This document shows, piece by piece, positions 1 to 13,353 of a stretch of 64,000 nt of DNA; position 1 is the first letter of the stretch; every line of letters starts with the position of its first letter. The notes under the pieces were generated by a model that was not told the DNA's origin, did no database searches, and saw only the letters and a program-made list of their open reading frames with translations. Origin of the DNA: Octopus sinensis (Eukaryota); assembly GCF_006345805.1 (NCBI RefSeq), contig NC_042998.1, positions 187,736,001-187,800,000 on the forward strand. The letters are read 5' to 3'. Made by a program: the position numbers and the translations under genes.

Positions 1-310
1 TGTCAGTACTCATACTCGGCAGAGTGTAAGTACCTTGAGAGAAAAGCTGGACCTAAGAAGCATCAGTTGTGGTGTGCAAGAGAGACGTTTGCGCTGGTAT
101 GGTCATGTGGCGAGAATGGATGAAGATAGTTGTGTGAAAAAGTGCCACACCCTAGCGGTTGAGGGAACCTGTGGCAGAGGCAGACCCAGGAAAACCTGGG
201 ACGAGGTGGTGAAGCACGACCTTCGAACTTTAGGTCTCACTGAGGAAATGACTAGCGACCGAGTCCTCTGGAAGTGTGCTGTGCGCGAGAAGACCCGGCA
301 GGACAAGTGA
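1..310 (+). mobile_element. RTE-clade LINE 3' fragment
   Basis: RLRWYGHVARM...GRGRPRKTW...DR..W, a C-terminal motif typical of RTE ORFs. Confidence 0.8.
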
Positions 311-537
311 CTAAATATTTGAAGATATTTCATCTGATGCTCAACTGACTCTGCCATCCATAATCCACTCATTTCTATATCACATGATCTTGTTAATTAT
401 TTATGAGTCTTTATGAAGATTACGATCCAGGTATTAGTGAGAAAAATTTGTGACACAAGTAAAAATGCCTGCTGGTAAATATTCTGATTTTCAACTTGTT
501 TTCAATGAAGTTTATTCAAATGTCTCTCAAATTGTTT

Positions 538-823
538 GTTCCTTCTCAAGCCATGCTTGGTTCGTAAGGGCCAGTTTCCCGGTTTCCTTGGTGTATAGGT
601 TCCCACCTGGACGGGACGCCAGTCCATCGCAGGTGAGCTACAAGACGCAGGAGGAAAGAGTGAGAGAAAGTTGTGGCGAAAGAGTCAGCAGAAGTTCGCC
701 ATTACCTTCTGCTGGTGCCGTGTGGAGCTTAGGTGTTTCGCTCATAAACACACACATCGCCTGGTCTGAGATTCGAACCCATGATCCCTCAACTGCGAGT
801 CTGCTGTTCTAACCACTAGGCCA
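538..823 (-). mobile_element. tRNA-derived SINE with V-domain-like core
   Basis: The minus strand has a tRNA-like head (TGGCCTAGTGGTTAG...GGTTCGAATC) and CCTGCGATGGACTGGCGTCCCGTCCAGG, which resembles the V-SINE domain. Confidence 0.65.
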
Positions 824-1130
824 TTGACTCACAAAAATCATTCATATTTTATTATGTGGTCCCTTTATATCACTATAACACTTTATTGTCGAACCCCAGA
901 TCAGCCCTGATTGAACAAACTTGGTTCAGACTTTAGCATAGTCTTATTTTTAGGCAGTGCATCTGAGACTAAATTATACAATGTATTTTCCATTCTAATT
1001 CTTTCAATAACAATCCATCTGAGGTTGATCTTGGTTCTATGATACAAAATTCCTGTTTTAAACTGATTTAAATTAAAAACTTTCATCAAAATTTCACATT
1101 AATTTATGTTCCAAACATCAATAAAGAAAG

Positions 1131-1480
1131 ATCATCACCGTTCATCGTTTAACGTCCGTTTTCCATGCTAACATGGGTTGGATGGTTCGACCAGGATCTG
1201 GGAAGCCAGAAGGCTGCACCAGGCTCCAGTCTGATCTGGCAGTGTTTCTACAGCTGGATGCCCTTCCTAACGCCAACCACTCCGTGAGTGTAGTGTGTGC
1301 TTTTTATGTGCCACCGGCACAGGTGCCAGGCGAGGTTGGCAACGGCCACGGTCGGATTGGTGCACTTTACGTGCCACCAGCACGGAAGCCAGTCGAGGCG
1401 GCACTGGCATCAGCCATGTTCGGATGGTGCTTTTTACGTGCCACTGGTACAGGGATCACAACTACAGTTTTCATTGATTT
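1131..1480 (-). mobile_element. RTE-related non-autonomous retroelement/SINE with (GAT)n tail, family A
   Basis: Shared block GGTTGGCGTTAGGAAGGGCATCCAGCTGTAGAAA...CCAACCCATGCTAGCATGGAAA..GGACGTTAAACGATGATG. Other copies at approx. 4120-4500(+), 5620-7700(-), 9840-10003(+), 10420-10967(+), 12738-13040(-), 16141-16297(-), 17797-18300(-), 20030-20593(+), 24820-25177(+), 26525-26950(+), 27527-28060(-), 57481-57800(-). Confidence 0.8.
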
Positions 1481-1824
1481 GTTTTACTAAATGCTTCAAT
1501 AATTTTTAAAATTTATTGAAAAAGAAACTTGTGTATTTCAGCAAAAATATTGTTGTTTAAAAATAGTAGGGTATTATTTTAGGGAGATTTGACTGCTATG
1601 TTTAGCACAATGAATGATCATGTCGAGGCTTCTTTTGTTGGCTCACACATTTTTTAACTTGTTTATAGACATACTTGTTTACAGCTATAAGTTCTAGCTG
1701 GAAACTTCATCCTCATCTATTTCAAACAGCTAAATGTTTGGCCTAGAAACTAAAAAAATTATGGTTTGAATTACTAAGAAATGTTAACACTAAATGTTAT
1801 GTAATATTGTTTCTATTTTTTAAG

Positions 1825-1961
1825 GGTGTGCGGAAATATGTTAACAAAGATGAGCTGAAACCAACTGTTCAAGCTTTGGAAAAAACCCAGACATTATGTA
1901 GTGAAAATAAAGGTTCATCGGAATTAATTGCTGATATAAACACTTTGTTCCAATGTATACG
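1825..1961 (+). CDS. NELFCD: NELF-C/D (TH1-like) internal exon; upstream exons lie outside the window
   Basis: ttttttaag|GGT...CG|gtaaat. Translates GVRKYVNKDELKPTVQALEKTQTLCSENKGSSELIADINTLFQCI(R), matching the NKDELK...ENKG.SEL...TL.QCIR segment I recall from NELFCD. 137 nt, phase 0 to 2. Confidence 0.93.
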
Positions 1962-2140
1962 GTAAATTTACATGCTTTTTTTCTTAAACTTTTATTTGTT
2001 TGGTTAGGAAGAAGAGCTTTGTTGTCATTACAGCTCCTCTGAATGTTGTGAGATTTATGTACTTAATAGCTGCAGGGAAAAACATAGACTGGGAAGATAA
2101 TTTAGAGGGTCAACATTTGGGAGAAGGACTAAGTGTTATG

Positions 2141-3690
2141 GTTAGTTAGTTAGTTAGTTAATTTGGCTCAAAAGCAAATAGCAAGGCCATGTAGGGGGAC
2201 ATGGAGTTAAGTACAGGGTGGTGTTCATGTAAAGAGTTCAGGCCACTTGAGGTCAAGGGAGGCTTTGAACAAAGCGGTCGTCAGCATCTTCACCATCTCG
2301 TCTGGCAGCTTGTTCCACGGATCCGCAACCCGGACGGAGAAAGCTCCTCTCCTTCGATTGAGATGAAATCGTCGCAGGTAGAGCTTTTCGGAATGACCCC
2401 GCAGCCGACGCTCTGGAGCAGGAGTGAAGAACAGCTCTTTCGAGAGGTTACACTTTCCGCTTATGATGTTGTGGGCGAGAATGAGATCACCACGGCGGCG
2501 GCGTTTTTCAAGAGAATAAAGGTCGAGCGTCCTCAGCCTTTCTTCATAGGACAAATTTTGAGACCATGAACCATGCGGGTAGCCAGCTTCTGGACTCTTT
2601 CGAGATGCTGTATGTCTTTGAGGAGATAAGGAGAAGAGGCTTGAATCCCGTACTCCAATATGGGTCTCACCAGCGTGACATAGAGTGGTAGGAATATGGC
2701 TGCTGTGAGCATTCCGAATGACCGTCGAATCAAGAACAGAATTCCGCGTGCTTTGTTGGCAGCATGGACGCACTGGGCCGAAGGCGAAAAGGAGGAATCC
2801 ACCAAGATACCCAGGTCCTTTACCTGATCGGTCCTCTCCAGCAGCAGACGACCCGGCTTGAAATCAAGTTGAGTTGCAGGAGGAGAGCCAATAGGCAGAT
2901 AACAGCACTTTGACACGTTCAGACACAGGTCCCATTCGTTAGACCACTTCCAAATTTGGTGGAGGCATCGACGAAGATCCTCTATATCACCGCGAGGAGC
3001 GACCAGTTTGATATCGTCGGCAAATAGAAGGGTGTGTTGCGTGAGGTCGTCGGGCAAGTCATTTATGAAGACTAAGAACAATAAGGGCCCAAGCACTGAA
3101 CCTTGAGGCACGCCACTGCTCGCACTGGAGACGTCGGACCGCGAACCATTAACTTGGATCCGGAAGGAGCGATCTGAGAGGAAGGCACCAACCCATCGTA
3201 CAATATCCGGATGGAAACTATATGCTTGAAGCTTGACAAGTAATAGGCGGTGGTTTACCGAGTCAAAAGCTTTGGCAAAGTCCAATAAAACGATGTCAAC
3301 AGCATCACTATCATCGAGGATGCGCGTCACCAATTCTTCCATTACCAGTAAGTTGGTCAAGCATGATCTCTTCGGCACGAAGCCGTGTTGGGAATCAGAG
3401 ATAGAGGCTGTGTTTTGGAGGTGGAGCATCATACTTTTCTTAAGGATGGTTTCGAACATCTTGCTGATTATTGATGTAAGGGAAACTGGTCGGTAGTTAA
3501 GTGGGTCTTCGCGTCTGCCTTTCTTGAAAATTGGGCAGATTATCGCTGTTCTCCAGTCCGCAGGTATAACACCCGTCGCCAATGACATATTGAATAGACG
3601 TGTTAAGGGCTCGCAGATGACCGGAGCCAACGCTTTGATAACCCGTGGGTGTATGCCATCAGGGCCGTGACCCTTGTTGACATCGAGGCC
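2141..3690 (-). mobile_element. 5'-truncated CR1/L2-group LINE (reverse transcriptase fragment)
   Basis: RT motifs GPDGIHP, NYRPVSLTS, QHGF, DFAKAFD, GVPQGSVLGPLLF and FADD. One frameshift near 2555 leads into LSYEERL..LDLYSLEKRRRRGDLI; (TAAC)n 3' tail at 2141-2160. Confidence 0.92.
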
Positions 3691-4119
3691 TAGTGATAGG
3701 AATAGGTTTGGGTGAGACATTGTATATGACGAGAGAAGACAAATGAGTTTGGAATTCTTGGCATGAACTTGCCAGGTCAGATAAAGAGAGGCTACTGTAG
3801 TATAAGTTGGAAAGGTAAAGAAAGGATGCAACAATCCTGGACCAGAGGTTGGAGTGTCCTGATGAGGGACTTCATGCCAATAAAATTAGGTGCTCCCTCC
3901 CAAACTTTTCAAGGTGGGATGCAGTACTCCATTGTAGGTCTCACTTGACTTTGAAGAGGGTTAGTAGTTTGGTATATTTATTATCATTTTCTGGGATATA
4001 ACTTTCAGACTAAGCCAAAACTGTGTTGCCATTGGTTTTCATTGTAGTGTTTTATTTGATAAAAATTTTACCTGAACCACAGCTACTGAATATGATTGTT
4101 CTATAGACGAAAGATTTGG

Positions 4120-4464
4120 CAGAGTGTGATTGTTGCCAGAGCAGCCAACTGGTTTCCATGCCAGTGGCACGTAAAAGGGCACCATTCGAGCGTGATCGTT
4201 ACCAAAGTCACCTTACTGGCACCTGAGCTGGTGGCATGTGTAAAAGGATTCAAGCGAGGTCATTGCCAGTACTGCCTGACTGGCCCCTGTGCCGGTGGCA
4301 CGTAAAAAGCACCCACTACACTCTCGGAGTGGTTGGTGTTAGGAAGGGCATCCAGCTGTAGAAACTCTGCCAGATCAAGATTGGAGCCTGGTGCAACCAT
4401 CTGGTTCGCCAGCCCTCAATCAAAATCGTCCAACCCATGCTAGCATGGAAAGCGGACGTTAAAC

Positions 4465-4500
<36 letters not shown>
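4120..4500 (+). mobile_element. Family A retroelement copy
   Basis: Same core as 1131-1480 in the opposite orientation; ends in (GAT)n. Confidence 0.8.
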
Positions 4501-4501
<1 letters not shown>

Positions 4502-5769
4502 GTAAGTAGAAATTATCTAGTCATTGGTACTGTGCTGTATCCTTTGCTAAAAGATTTGGATTTCAGTGGCCTTGTCCATCTTGTTTAACCATTTGACTGT
4601 GTAATTAAATTTCATGTTCATCCTGTAATGATGTTATCCACCAAAATATAGAATTTATATTTTCTGATTCTGCAATATTTTTTCAGTATCTCATGTGGGT
4701 ATGGTTTTCATATCCACCACTAAAAGTATTTAATTCTTGCTCTGTAAGGAGATATTTGATAAAATATGTGGAAAAAATAAGGAAAATCTAAAAACATTTA
4801 GTTTGTGTTTTGTATCACAAATTATTTAAATTATGGATAATTATGGATAATTGTTCAAGACTGTTACATAATTCATCTTTTACAAAACATAGAATTTTAT
4901 ATATCTGTGTAACAGTACTAATAATTTATGACTCATATTGATTACGTCTGTGCTGGGTGTCTGTCTAAATAGGCTGTAGAACGATTTCATACACATATGG
5001 ATCTTATAGCAAATAGGCTGACAATTTGCAATTAATTTTAAGTCTGCCAAGTTTATGCAGACATAATATGACCATCTACCACATGGTGAAATTTCAACTT
5101 ACAACTTATACAAGGCAGTTGACAGAAGTAGACTGAGATTCAAAGATATGTTTTATATGACATCTGAAGATCATTTTTACTGTAACTTCTTATTTTATAA
5201 CCATCATCATCATTATTGTCAATTTGATGTCTATTTTTCCATATCCAAATGGATTATACAAAACTCGCTGAAGCAGATTTTTAATGAATTTTACTTGCTT
5301 CCAAGCAAAGTAATATTTTGTCATGGTTGAAAGATTGGGAATGATTTGCAGTGCTTTTATGTCAGTGCCTCTTGTTGACAACTGTCATGTGATATCAGGA
5401 CAAGGACATGCGTGCGTGCACACACGCATGCACGCACATACACACACATGTGACAGGTTTCTTTTATTTTCCCTCTACCTAATCCACTCAAGACTTTGGT
5501 TGGTCTAAGGCTGTAGTAGAATATACTTACCCTCAGTGCCACATAGTGGGACTGGATCTGAAGCCATGAGGTTGTGAAGTGAACTTTGTAACTGCACGGC
5601 TAAGCCTGCATCTATAGCATCATTTAGCATCTATTTTCCATGCTGGTATGGCTTAGACAGTTTGACTGAATTGGTAAGCTGGAGAGATGCACCTGGCTCC
5701 AGTCTGCTTTGGCTTGGTTTCTATGGCTGGATGCCCTTCCTAATGCCAACCACTCCACAGAGTGTACCA

Positions 5770-7680
5770 GGTGTCTTTTACGTGTCACTGGCACGGGTGC
5801 TTTTACGTGTCACTGGCATGAGTGCTTTTACGCGTCACTGGCACGGGTGCTTTTACGTGTCACTGGCATGAGTGCTTTTACGCGTCACTGGCACGGTGCT
5901 TTTACGGGTCACTGGTACTGGTGCTTTTACGGGTCACTGGCACGGGTGCTTTTACGTGTCACTGGCACTGGTGCTTCTACGTGTCACTGGCACCGGTGCC
6001 TTTACGTGTCACTGGCACAGGTGCTTTTACATGTCACTGGCACGGGTGCTTTTAACGGGTCACTGGCACGGGTGCTTTTACGGGTCACTGGCACGGGTGC
6101 TTTTACGTGTCACTGGCACTGGTGCTTCTACGTGTCACTGGCACTGGTGCTTCTACGTGTCACTGGCACCGGTGCCTTACGTGTCACTGGCACCGGTGCT
6201 TTTACCTGTCACTGGCACAGGTGCTTTTACATGTCACTGGCACCGGTGCCTTTACGTGTCACTGGCACCGGTGCCTTTACGTGTCACTAGCACCGGTGCT
6301 TTTACCTGTCACTGGCACAGGTGCTTTTACGGGTCACTGGAACGGGTGCTTTTACATGTCACTGGCACGGGTGCTTTTACGGGTCACTGGCACAGGTGCT
6401 TTAACGGTCACTGACACGGGTGCTTTTACGGGTCACTGGCACAGGTGCTTCTATGTGTCACTGTCACCGGTGCCTTTACGTGTCACTGGCACGGGTGCTT
6501 TTACGGGTCACTGGCACAGGTGCTTTTACCTGTCACTGGCACAGGTGCTTTTACGTATCACTGGCACGGGTGCTTTTACGTGTCACTGGCATGAGTGCTT
6601 TTACGCGTCACTGGCACGGGTGCTTTTATGGGTCACTGACACGGGTGCTTTTACGTGTCACTGGCATGAGTGCTTTTACGCGTCACTGGCACGGGTGCTT
6701 TTACGTGTCACTGGCATGAGTGCTTTTACGCGTCACTGGCACGGGTGCTTTTACGGGTCACTGGCACGGGTGCTTTTACGTGTCACTGGCATGAGTGCTT
6801 TTACGCGTCACTGGCACGGGTGCTTTTATGGGTCACTGACACGGGTGCTTTTACGGGTCACTGGTACTGGTGCTTTTACGGGTCACTGGCACGGGTGCTT
6901 TTACGTGTCACTGGCACTGGTGCTTCTACGTGTCACTGGCACCGGTGCCTTTACGTGTCACTGGCACCGGTGCTTTTACCTGTCACTGGCACAGGTGCTT
7001 TTACATGTCACTGGCACGGGTGCTTTTACGGGTCACTGGCACGGGTGCTTTTACGGGTCACTGGCACGGGTGCTTTTACGTGTCACTGGCACTGGTGCTT
7101 CTACGTGTCACTGGCACCGGTGCCTTTACGTGTCACTGGCACCGGTGCTTTTACCTGTCACTGGCACAGGTGCTTTTACATGTCACTGGCACCGGTGCCT
7201 TTACGTGTCACTGGCACCGGTGCCTTTACGTGTCACTAGCACCGGTGCTTTTACCTGTCACTGGCACAGGTGCTTTTACGGGTCACTGGAACGGGTGCTT
7301 TTACATGTCACTGGCACGGGTGCTTTTACGGGTCACTGGCACAGGTGCTTTAACGGGTCACTGACACGGGTGCTTTTACGGGTCACTGGCACAGGTGCTT
7401 CTATGTGTCACTGTCACCGGTGCCTTTACGTGTCACTGGCACGGGTGCTTTTACGGGTCACTGGCACAGGTGCTTTTACCTGTCACTGGCACAGGTGCTT
7501 TTACGTATCACTGGAACGGGTGCTTTTACGTATCACTGGCACGGGTGCTTTTACCTGTCACTGGCACAGGTGCTTTTATGTGTCACTGGCACGGGTGCAT
7601 TTACGTGTCACTGGCACGAGTGCCTTTACGTGTCACTGGAACGGGTGCTTTTACGTGTCACTGGCACGGGTGTTTTTATG
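5770..7680. repeat. 25-bp minisatellite (~76 units) inside a family A element
   Basis: Unit consensus TTTTACGTGTCACTGGCACGGGTGC, repeated with variants; accounts for the repetitive ORFs between 5662 and 7750. Confidence 0.95.
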
Positions 7681-8034
7681 TGTTGCCATGGCAGAGTTTT
7701 GGAGCTGTAAATGTAAAAGTCTAGTCAGAAATACCATCAACATTAAATAAATAATGGGGTAATAAATGCAGTAAAGTTCCACTATTTAATTAAATTAATT
7801 ATCAAAACTGTTGTAGAATAGTGGTCCAAGGAGAAAAAAGTTTGACAATCTTCTAGCTATAACAAATTATCAACAAAAAGTAAGTGTGGTGATTATGTTA
7901 AGACAAAGGTAACAGGTAAGAGTATGTAAAATTTTATGGAATGAAAGACATTATTATCAGATACTAAATTATCTCATTGAAAATCAGTAGCATCTTTTTC
8001 TAGAACAGTTTCCTTACATTTTCTTTCTCAACAG

Positions 8035-8149
8035 GTTTTCAGTAGTGGCAATGGGTGTTCTACGTTGGGTTGATTATACAGTATCAGATAAAAGCTATTT
8101 CAAACTCAACACTGATCACACTCCTTTACATCTGGTTCTTGTGGATGAG
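8035..8149 (+). CDS. NELFCD: NELF-C/D exon
   Basis: tctcaacag|G...GAG|gtaatt. Translates FSVVAMGVLRWVDYTVSDKSYFKLNTDHTPLHLVLVDE; completes the split Arg codon of the previous exon. Confidence 0.95.
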
Positions 8150-8373
8150 GTAATTTAAACATATTTTTTGGATAATTCTTTGTGAATATTAAACATATTG
8201 TCTACATTCACAATTGCATATGCTTAATATTCATAAAACATTTGTGTGATAATTCTTTGTGAATATTTATGATTAAACCTATATTCCTTTTGATGATAGT
8301 ATAAGCTACTCATATGTGACCAGATGTCACTACCATTGAAAAGCAGTGAACTGTTGGTTAAGTGTTGACATAC

Positions 8374-8792
8374 AAGGCGGCGAGCTGGCAGAATCGTTAG
8401 CATGCCAGGTGAAATGCTTGGCGGTATTTCATCTGCCGCTACGTTCTGAGTTCAAATTCTGCCGAGGTCGACTTTGCCTTTCATCCTTTCGAGGTCGATT
8501 AAATAAGTACCAGTTACGCACTGGGGTCGATATAATCAACTTAATCCATTTGTCTGTCCTTGTTTGTTAGCTCTGTGTTTAGCCCCTTGTGGGTAGTAAA
8601 GAAATAGGTATTTTGTCTGCCGTTACGTTCTGAGTTCAGATTCCACCGAGGTCGACTTTGCCTTTCATCCTTTCGAGGTCGATTAAATAAGTACCAGTTA
8701 CGCACTGGGGTCGATATAATCGACTTAATCCGTTTGTCTGTCCTTGTTTGTCCACTCTGTGTTTTGCCCCTTGTGGGTAATAAAGAAATAGG
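8374..8792 (+). mobile_element. tRNA-derived SINE with Meta-like domain (family B), partial dimer
   Basis: Head AAGGCGGCGAGCTGGCAGAA..GAGTTCAAATTC and core GTCGACTTTGCCTTTCATCCTTTCG.GGTCGAT; TSD aagtgttgacata. Other copies at approx. 13124-13353(-), 15184-15405(-), 23946-24179(+), 27573-27797(+), 41178-41594(-), 45091-45324(+), 48497-48689(-), 60161-60378(+), 63177-63398(-). Confidence 0.85.
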
Positions 8793-10243
8793 TAAAGTGT
8801 TGACATATACATAAATGGTTTGACATATGACTCAAGCTGGTGAGTTGGAACCAGAATTGTTTTAGTAAGATTATCATCAAGATAATCCATCTATTTGTGT
8901 TTCAGAAATAAATAAACTAGTTATGTGGTCAAGGTTGTGTATATTATCTGAATAAATCCTAATTAACTATTCAAGGGCTGTGCAATTCACACTGCTAAAA
9001 TAGTAATCTAATGGACAGATATTATCAGTGCAGGAAACGTATTACAGTGACTGGTTTGTGTCTCAAGGACAAGGGAAGTAGTTTGACTATATTCTGCATC
9101 TGTATATTTATGTGTGTGTGTTTGTGGTTTCTTTTTTTCTCAGTCTGCTTGTCTCTCATGCAGTCACACTTGATCAAGGTGTCAAAATATACCTCAGTGT
9201 TATCATCATAGGTATGGGTTGGGTGATTTGTCAAAATCCAGCATATCAGAAGACTGCATCACTCTCTGAAGTCTGCTTTCTATATTTAGATGCTCTTCCT
9301 AACACCAGCCATTTTACGGAGTGTGCTAAGAACTTTTTTTTTCTTTGACTTCAGCACTAGTGAGGACATCATAAAGCTTACAACATTAAAATCCCTATTT
9401 GCTGAGTGGGACTACAGCAGAAATAGAGGCAGCTTTATGCTAGATGATAAAAGATTAGAGTGTAAAAGAAGGGCCAAAGCAAGTTTCTTGTTGAAGAGAT
9501 ACATATCTGGTGGCATAATACAAAAGAGGGTGGAAGTAGTCTGTGTGGAGCTAGAAAGAGAAATAAAGATGATGGTGACAAGGTATCAAGGTGGGCTCCG
9601 GGGGAAGAAGATCAGAAAGGGAGGCTGGATAGCAATTGCAAGTGTGTATTGAGAAAATGAGGGATGGTAAGAAATGGGGTTGGGTATAAGTATACTGAAT
9701 GGTGAACAAAGGTTGAGGTAGGGTGGTTGTTGACATATGAGTTGGGCAGAAGATAGGAGAGAGTAGATGATGACTAGGAATTGGGAAGGGTATAATGAGG
9801 AATGTAAAATTACTTGGAAACCTGACTTGTGACAGTAGCATGAAAAAACACCCGGTCCACTCTGAAAAGTGGTTGGTGTTAGGAAGGGCATCCAGCTATA
9901 GACCCCCATGCCAAAACTGACATTTGAGCTCATTCGATCCTGTCTATCTGTCCACTCCATGCTACTATGGAGAATGAATGTTAAATGATGATGTTGATGA
10001 TGATAAGTACTTGGTCAGCTGAACATTTGATGCTTCCTCTAATCTTAATTACTTCTGTGTGTCTTGCACACCAGAATTGCCACAATACCTCTGCATCCTT
10101 TGTATTTGTTTGTACTCAACATCAAACTCGTTGAGCAATAATTTCCCACATAGTTTCCTCAGCCCACATCAGACTACAGAGATTTTGAAGACCTACTTCT
10201 TTGTTGAATTTGTATTAACTACTGTTTATTGTGTTCTCCACAG

Positions 10244-10339
10244 ATTGTAACTAGTCACATGCTGCTACATCAGAAAGCCCTTGACCTTTTAATTCGATTA
10301 TTTGAAGCCTCCTATGAAGAACTTGATGTTTTAGTTAGA
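10244..10339 (+). CDS. NELFCD: NELF-C/D exon
   Basis: ctccacag|ATT...AGA|gtaagt. Translates IVTSHMLLHQKALDLLIRLFEASYEELDVLVR; 96 nt, phase 0/0. Confidence 0.93.
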
Positions 10340-11192
10340 GTAAGTGATTTCTTAGCTCACAGTTTGTTTCTGTTTTCCTTTTCTTATATTATTAAAATGC
10401 TCAGCAATTGAGCTTATCAATCAAAATCAAATTCGATGACTGGCGTCCGTGCTAGTGGGGTGCAAAGAGCACCATACTAGTGTGATCATTGACAGAGGGG
10501 CTAACCGGCTTCCGTGCCAGTGGTGCTTAAAAAGCACCATTCGAGCGTGATCGTTATCAGTGTCGCCTTACTGGCACTCGAGCCCCGTGCTAGTAGGGTG
10601 TTAAGAGCACCGTCCGAGTGTGATCGTTGCCAGTGTGGCTATCTGGCCTCCGTGCCTGTGGCATGTAATAGACACCATTCGAGTGTGATCGTTACCAGCA
10701 TTGCCTTACTGGCACCCGCACTGGTGGCATGTGTAAAAGATTCGAATGAAGTCGTTGCCAGTACTACCTGACTGGCCCCGTGCCAGTGGCACGTAAAATC
10801 ACCCACTACACTCTCGGAGTGGTTGGCGCTAGGAAGAGCATCCAGCTGTAGAAACTCTGCCAGATCAAGATTGAAGCCTGGTGCAGCCATCTGGTTCGCC
10901 AACCCTCAGTCAAAATCGTTCAACCCATGTTAGCATGGAAAGCGGACGTTAAATGATGATGATGATGAATTCTCATCTGCAAAATCCATATTTTTACCAT
11001 TGGAAATATATTAAAATATACTTTTGTTTCTGTGTTGATGAAATTGAACATGAAAATTAAATTCCAGTTTGGTTTCATTTATGTAATTTCTCTGCCATGA
11101 ATGAAATAAAATAATATATTTTAGAAATTCTTCTTGTTTTAAATTAACAAGATTAGAGGTTTCTGTTTCACTTGTAATTCTTTCTTCTTCAG

Positions 11193-11333
11193 TTGGAACT
11201 AAAGAAAACTGTCCTCGATCGAATGGTGCATGTTTTCAGCCGTGGCTGTGTCATTCCCGTTGTGAGTTACATAAGAAAGTGTCTTGAGAAACAAGATACC
11301 GACATCTCTTTGATACGTCATTTTGTTACAGAG
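11193..11333 (+). CDS. NELFCD: NELF-C/D exon
   Basis: ttcttcag|TTG...GAG|gtatgt. Translates [47 protein letters not shown], nearly identical to the NELFCD motif [40 protein letters not shown]. Confidence 0.96.
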
Positions 11334-13123
11334 GTATGTTAAAGTGAACTCATAATTTTGATTTTCATATCTTTGTAGTTGGTGAAGTGGAAGAATCATT
11401 AGAACATTGGATAGAATGCCTTGCAATATTTATTCCAACTCTCCATCTCCTTAGTTCAAATCCCACCAAGATCAACTTTACCATTCATCCTTTTGGGAGG
11501 GCAATGGGGTGGCAGAACTGTAAGACTACCAGATTTGATGTCTGGTGGTATTTGCTTTCTGAGTTCTTTGCATTCTGAAAATCCTGCCGAGGCCTACTTG
11601 GGTGGTAGACTTAATCCATTAGCCAGATTAACACCACCACCACCTGGTTCTTGGGTGCCTTTTGTGGAGTCCACTTTGAGCAAGCATTTAGGCTATGTTT
11701 CTGGTTTGAGGTTTTCTTCCAGGCATTCCCACCAGTTTCAGAGGCTCTGGAAAGGGTCATGAACACTGCTGTTTCTCTTAGTTATAAGATGAATACAAAA
11801 TGATAAAAAAAGGGAAAAAATATGAAAACAAGAAATCCCCCTCCTCCTCATTCTTTTTATGCCATTTCTGAATTGTTGGCAAATCAGATGAGTTTTTCAT
11901 TCTGGTATGGGTTGGACAGGATGTTTTGAGATAATGTTTTATGGCCAGATGGCCTTCCTTGATGCCACCTAGTTTTTGAAGTCAATTTTTGTGACAGGGA
12001 ATTGTGTACTTATTTTAAAAACCAATATATCTATGATCAATTTTAAAAATATATAAATCATATTTCTATCTGTCCTTTAATATTTTGTGACCTTTTAACT
12101 GGACAGTTGTGTAACATATGTTTAAATGCAGTGTTAAACATAACAAGGGTCTATAAAAAATGAATCCTTGTTTTGAACCATGCCACTTTGTATGCTTATA
12201 CCAAAAAAATATATTCCCATTATTTATCACACTGGTAATTATAGACACAGACATGGCTGTGTGGTTTAGAAGTTTGCTTCCCAGCTCCATGTTTCCAGGT
12301 TCACCCACTGCATGGTACTTTGAATAAGCGTCCTCTGCTATAGCCCCAGGCCCACCAAAGCTTGTGAGTTGATTTGATAGATAAAAACTGAATGTGTGTG
12401 TGTGTGTATCTGTCTGCATGTGTGAATGAAAGGCTAAGTTGACCACATTGAGATCTGAACTTGGTGCAGAGTCAGAATGAATACTATAAAGCAGTCCTTC
12501 TAATGCTCTGGTGACTCCAGTATGTCCTTTGTTTTTTGTTTTTTTTAAGGCAGTAAAATGTGCTTTGAGGTAGATCTGGCTACTATCTCAAGCAGGTCAA
12601 GCAACTGTGTAGAAGTGCCCTCATTAGCTCATATAATGAATGTTTACCCCTTTCCTGAGCTTGTTTTATATAATCTATTTCCTCCATGTTTCTTAGAGAC
12701 ATTTAGCGAAATAACCAACTTTAATCCTTATTAAGCTCATCATCATCATCATCGTTTAATGTCCGCTTTCCATGCTAGCATGGGTTGGACGATTTGACTG
12801 AGGTCTGGCGAACCAGATGGTTGCACCAGACTCCAATCTGATCTGGCAGAGTTTCTACAGCTGGATGCCCTTCCTAATGCCAACCACTCTGAGAGTGTAG
12901 TGGGTGCTTTTACGTGCCTCCGACATGAGGGCCAGTCTTGTGGTACTGGCAACGACCACGCTCAAAATGGTGCTTTTTATGTGCCACCTGCACAGGAGCC
13001 AGTCCAACAGCACTGGCAACGACCTCGCTCGAATGTTTTTTGATGTTCAGGAAAAAGTCTCGCATTAGATAGTAAAAGGATGTTGTAATTTCAGTATGAA
13101 CACTTTAAAAGGAGGCTTTATAT

Positions 13124-13353
13124 ATTTCTTTACTGCCCACAAGGGGCTAAACACAGAGGGGATAAACAAGGACAGACAAACGGATTAAGTCGATTATATC
13201 GACCCCAGTGCGTAACTGGTACTTAATTTATCGACCCCGAAAGGATGAAAGGCAAAGTCGACCTCGGCAGAATTTGAACTCAGAACATAACAGCAGACGA
13301 AATACGGCTACGCATTTCGCCCGGCGTGCTAACGTTTCTGCCAGCTCTCCGCC
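13124..13353 (-). mobile_element. Family B SINE
   Basis: Full head-to-tail copy flanked by the ~20-bp direct repeat ctttaaaaggaggctttata. Confidence 0.85.

Noticed and set aside
5662-7750. Long repetitive ORFs (up to 547 aa) and a CRISPR-like regular repeat pattern
   Set aside because: Head-to-tail 25-bp units with no unique spacers and no cas genes; the ORFs arise because the unit has few stop codons.
8374-8470. tRNA-like A/B box sequences
   Set aside because: These are SINE heads without a cloverleaf or anticodon arm, not tRNA genes.
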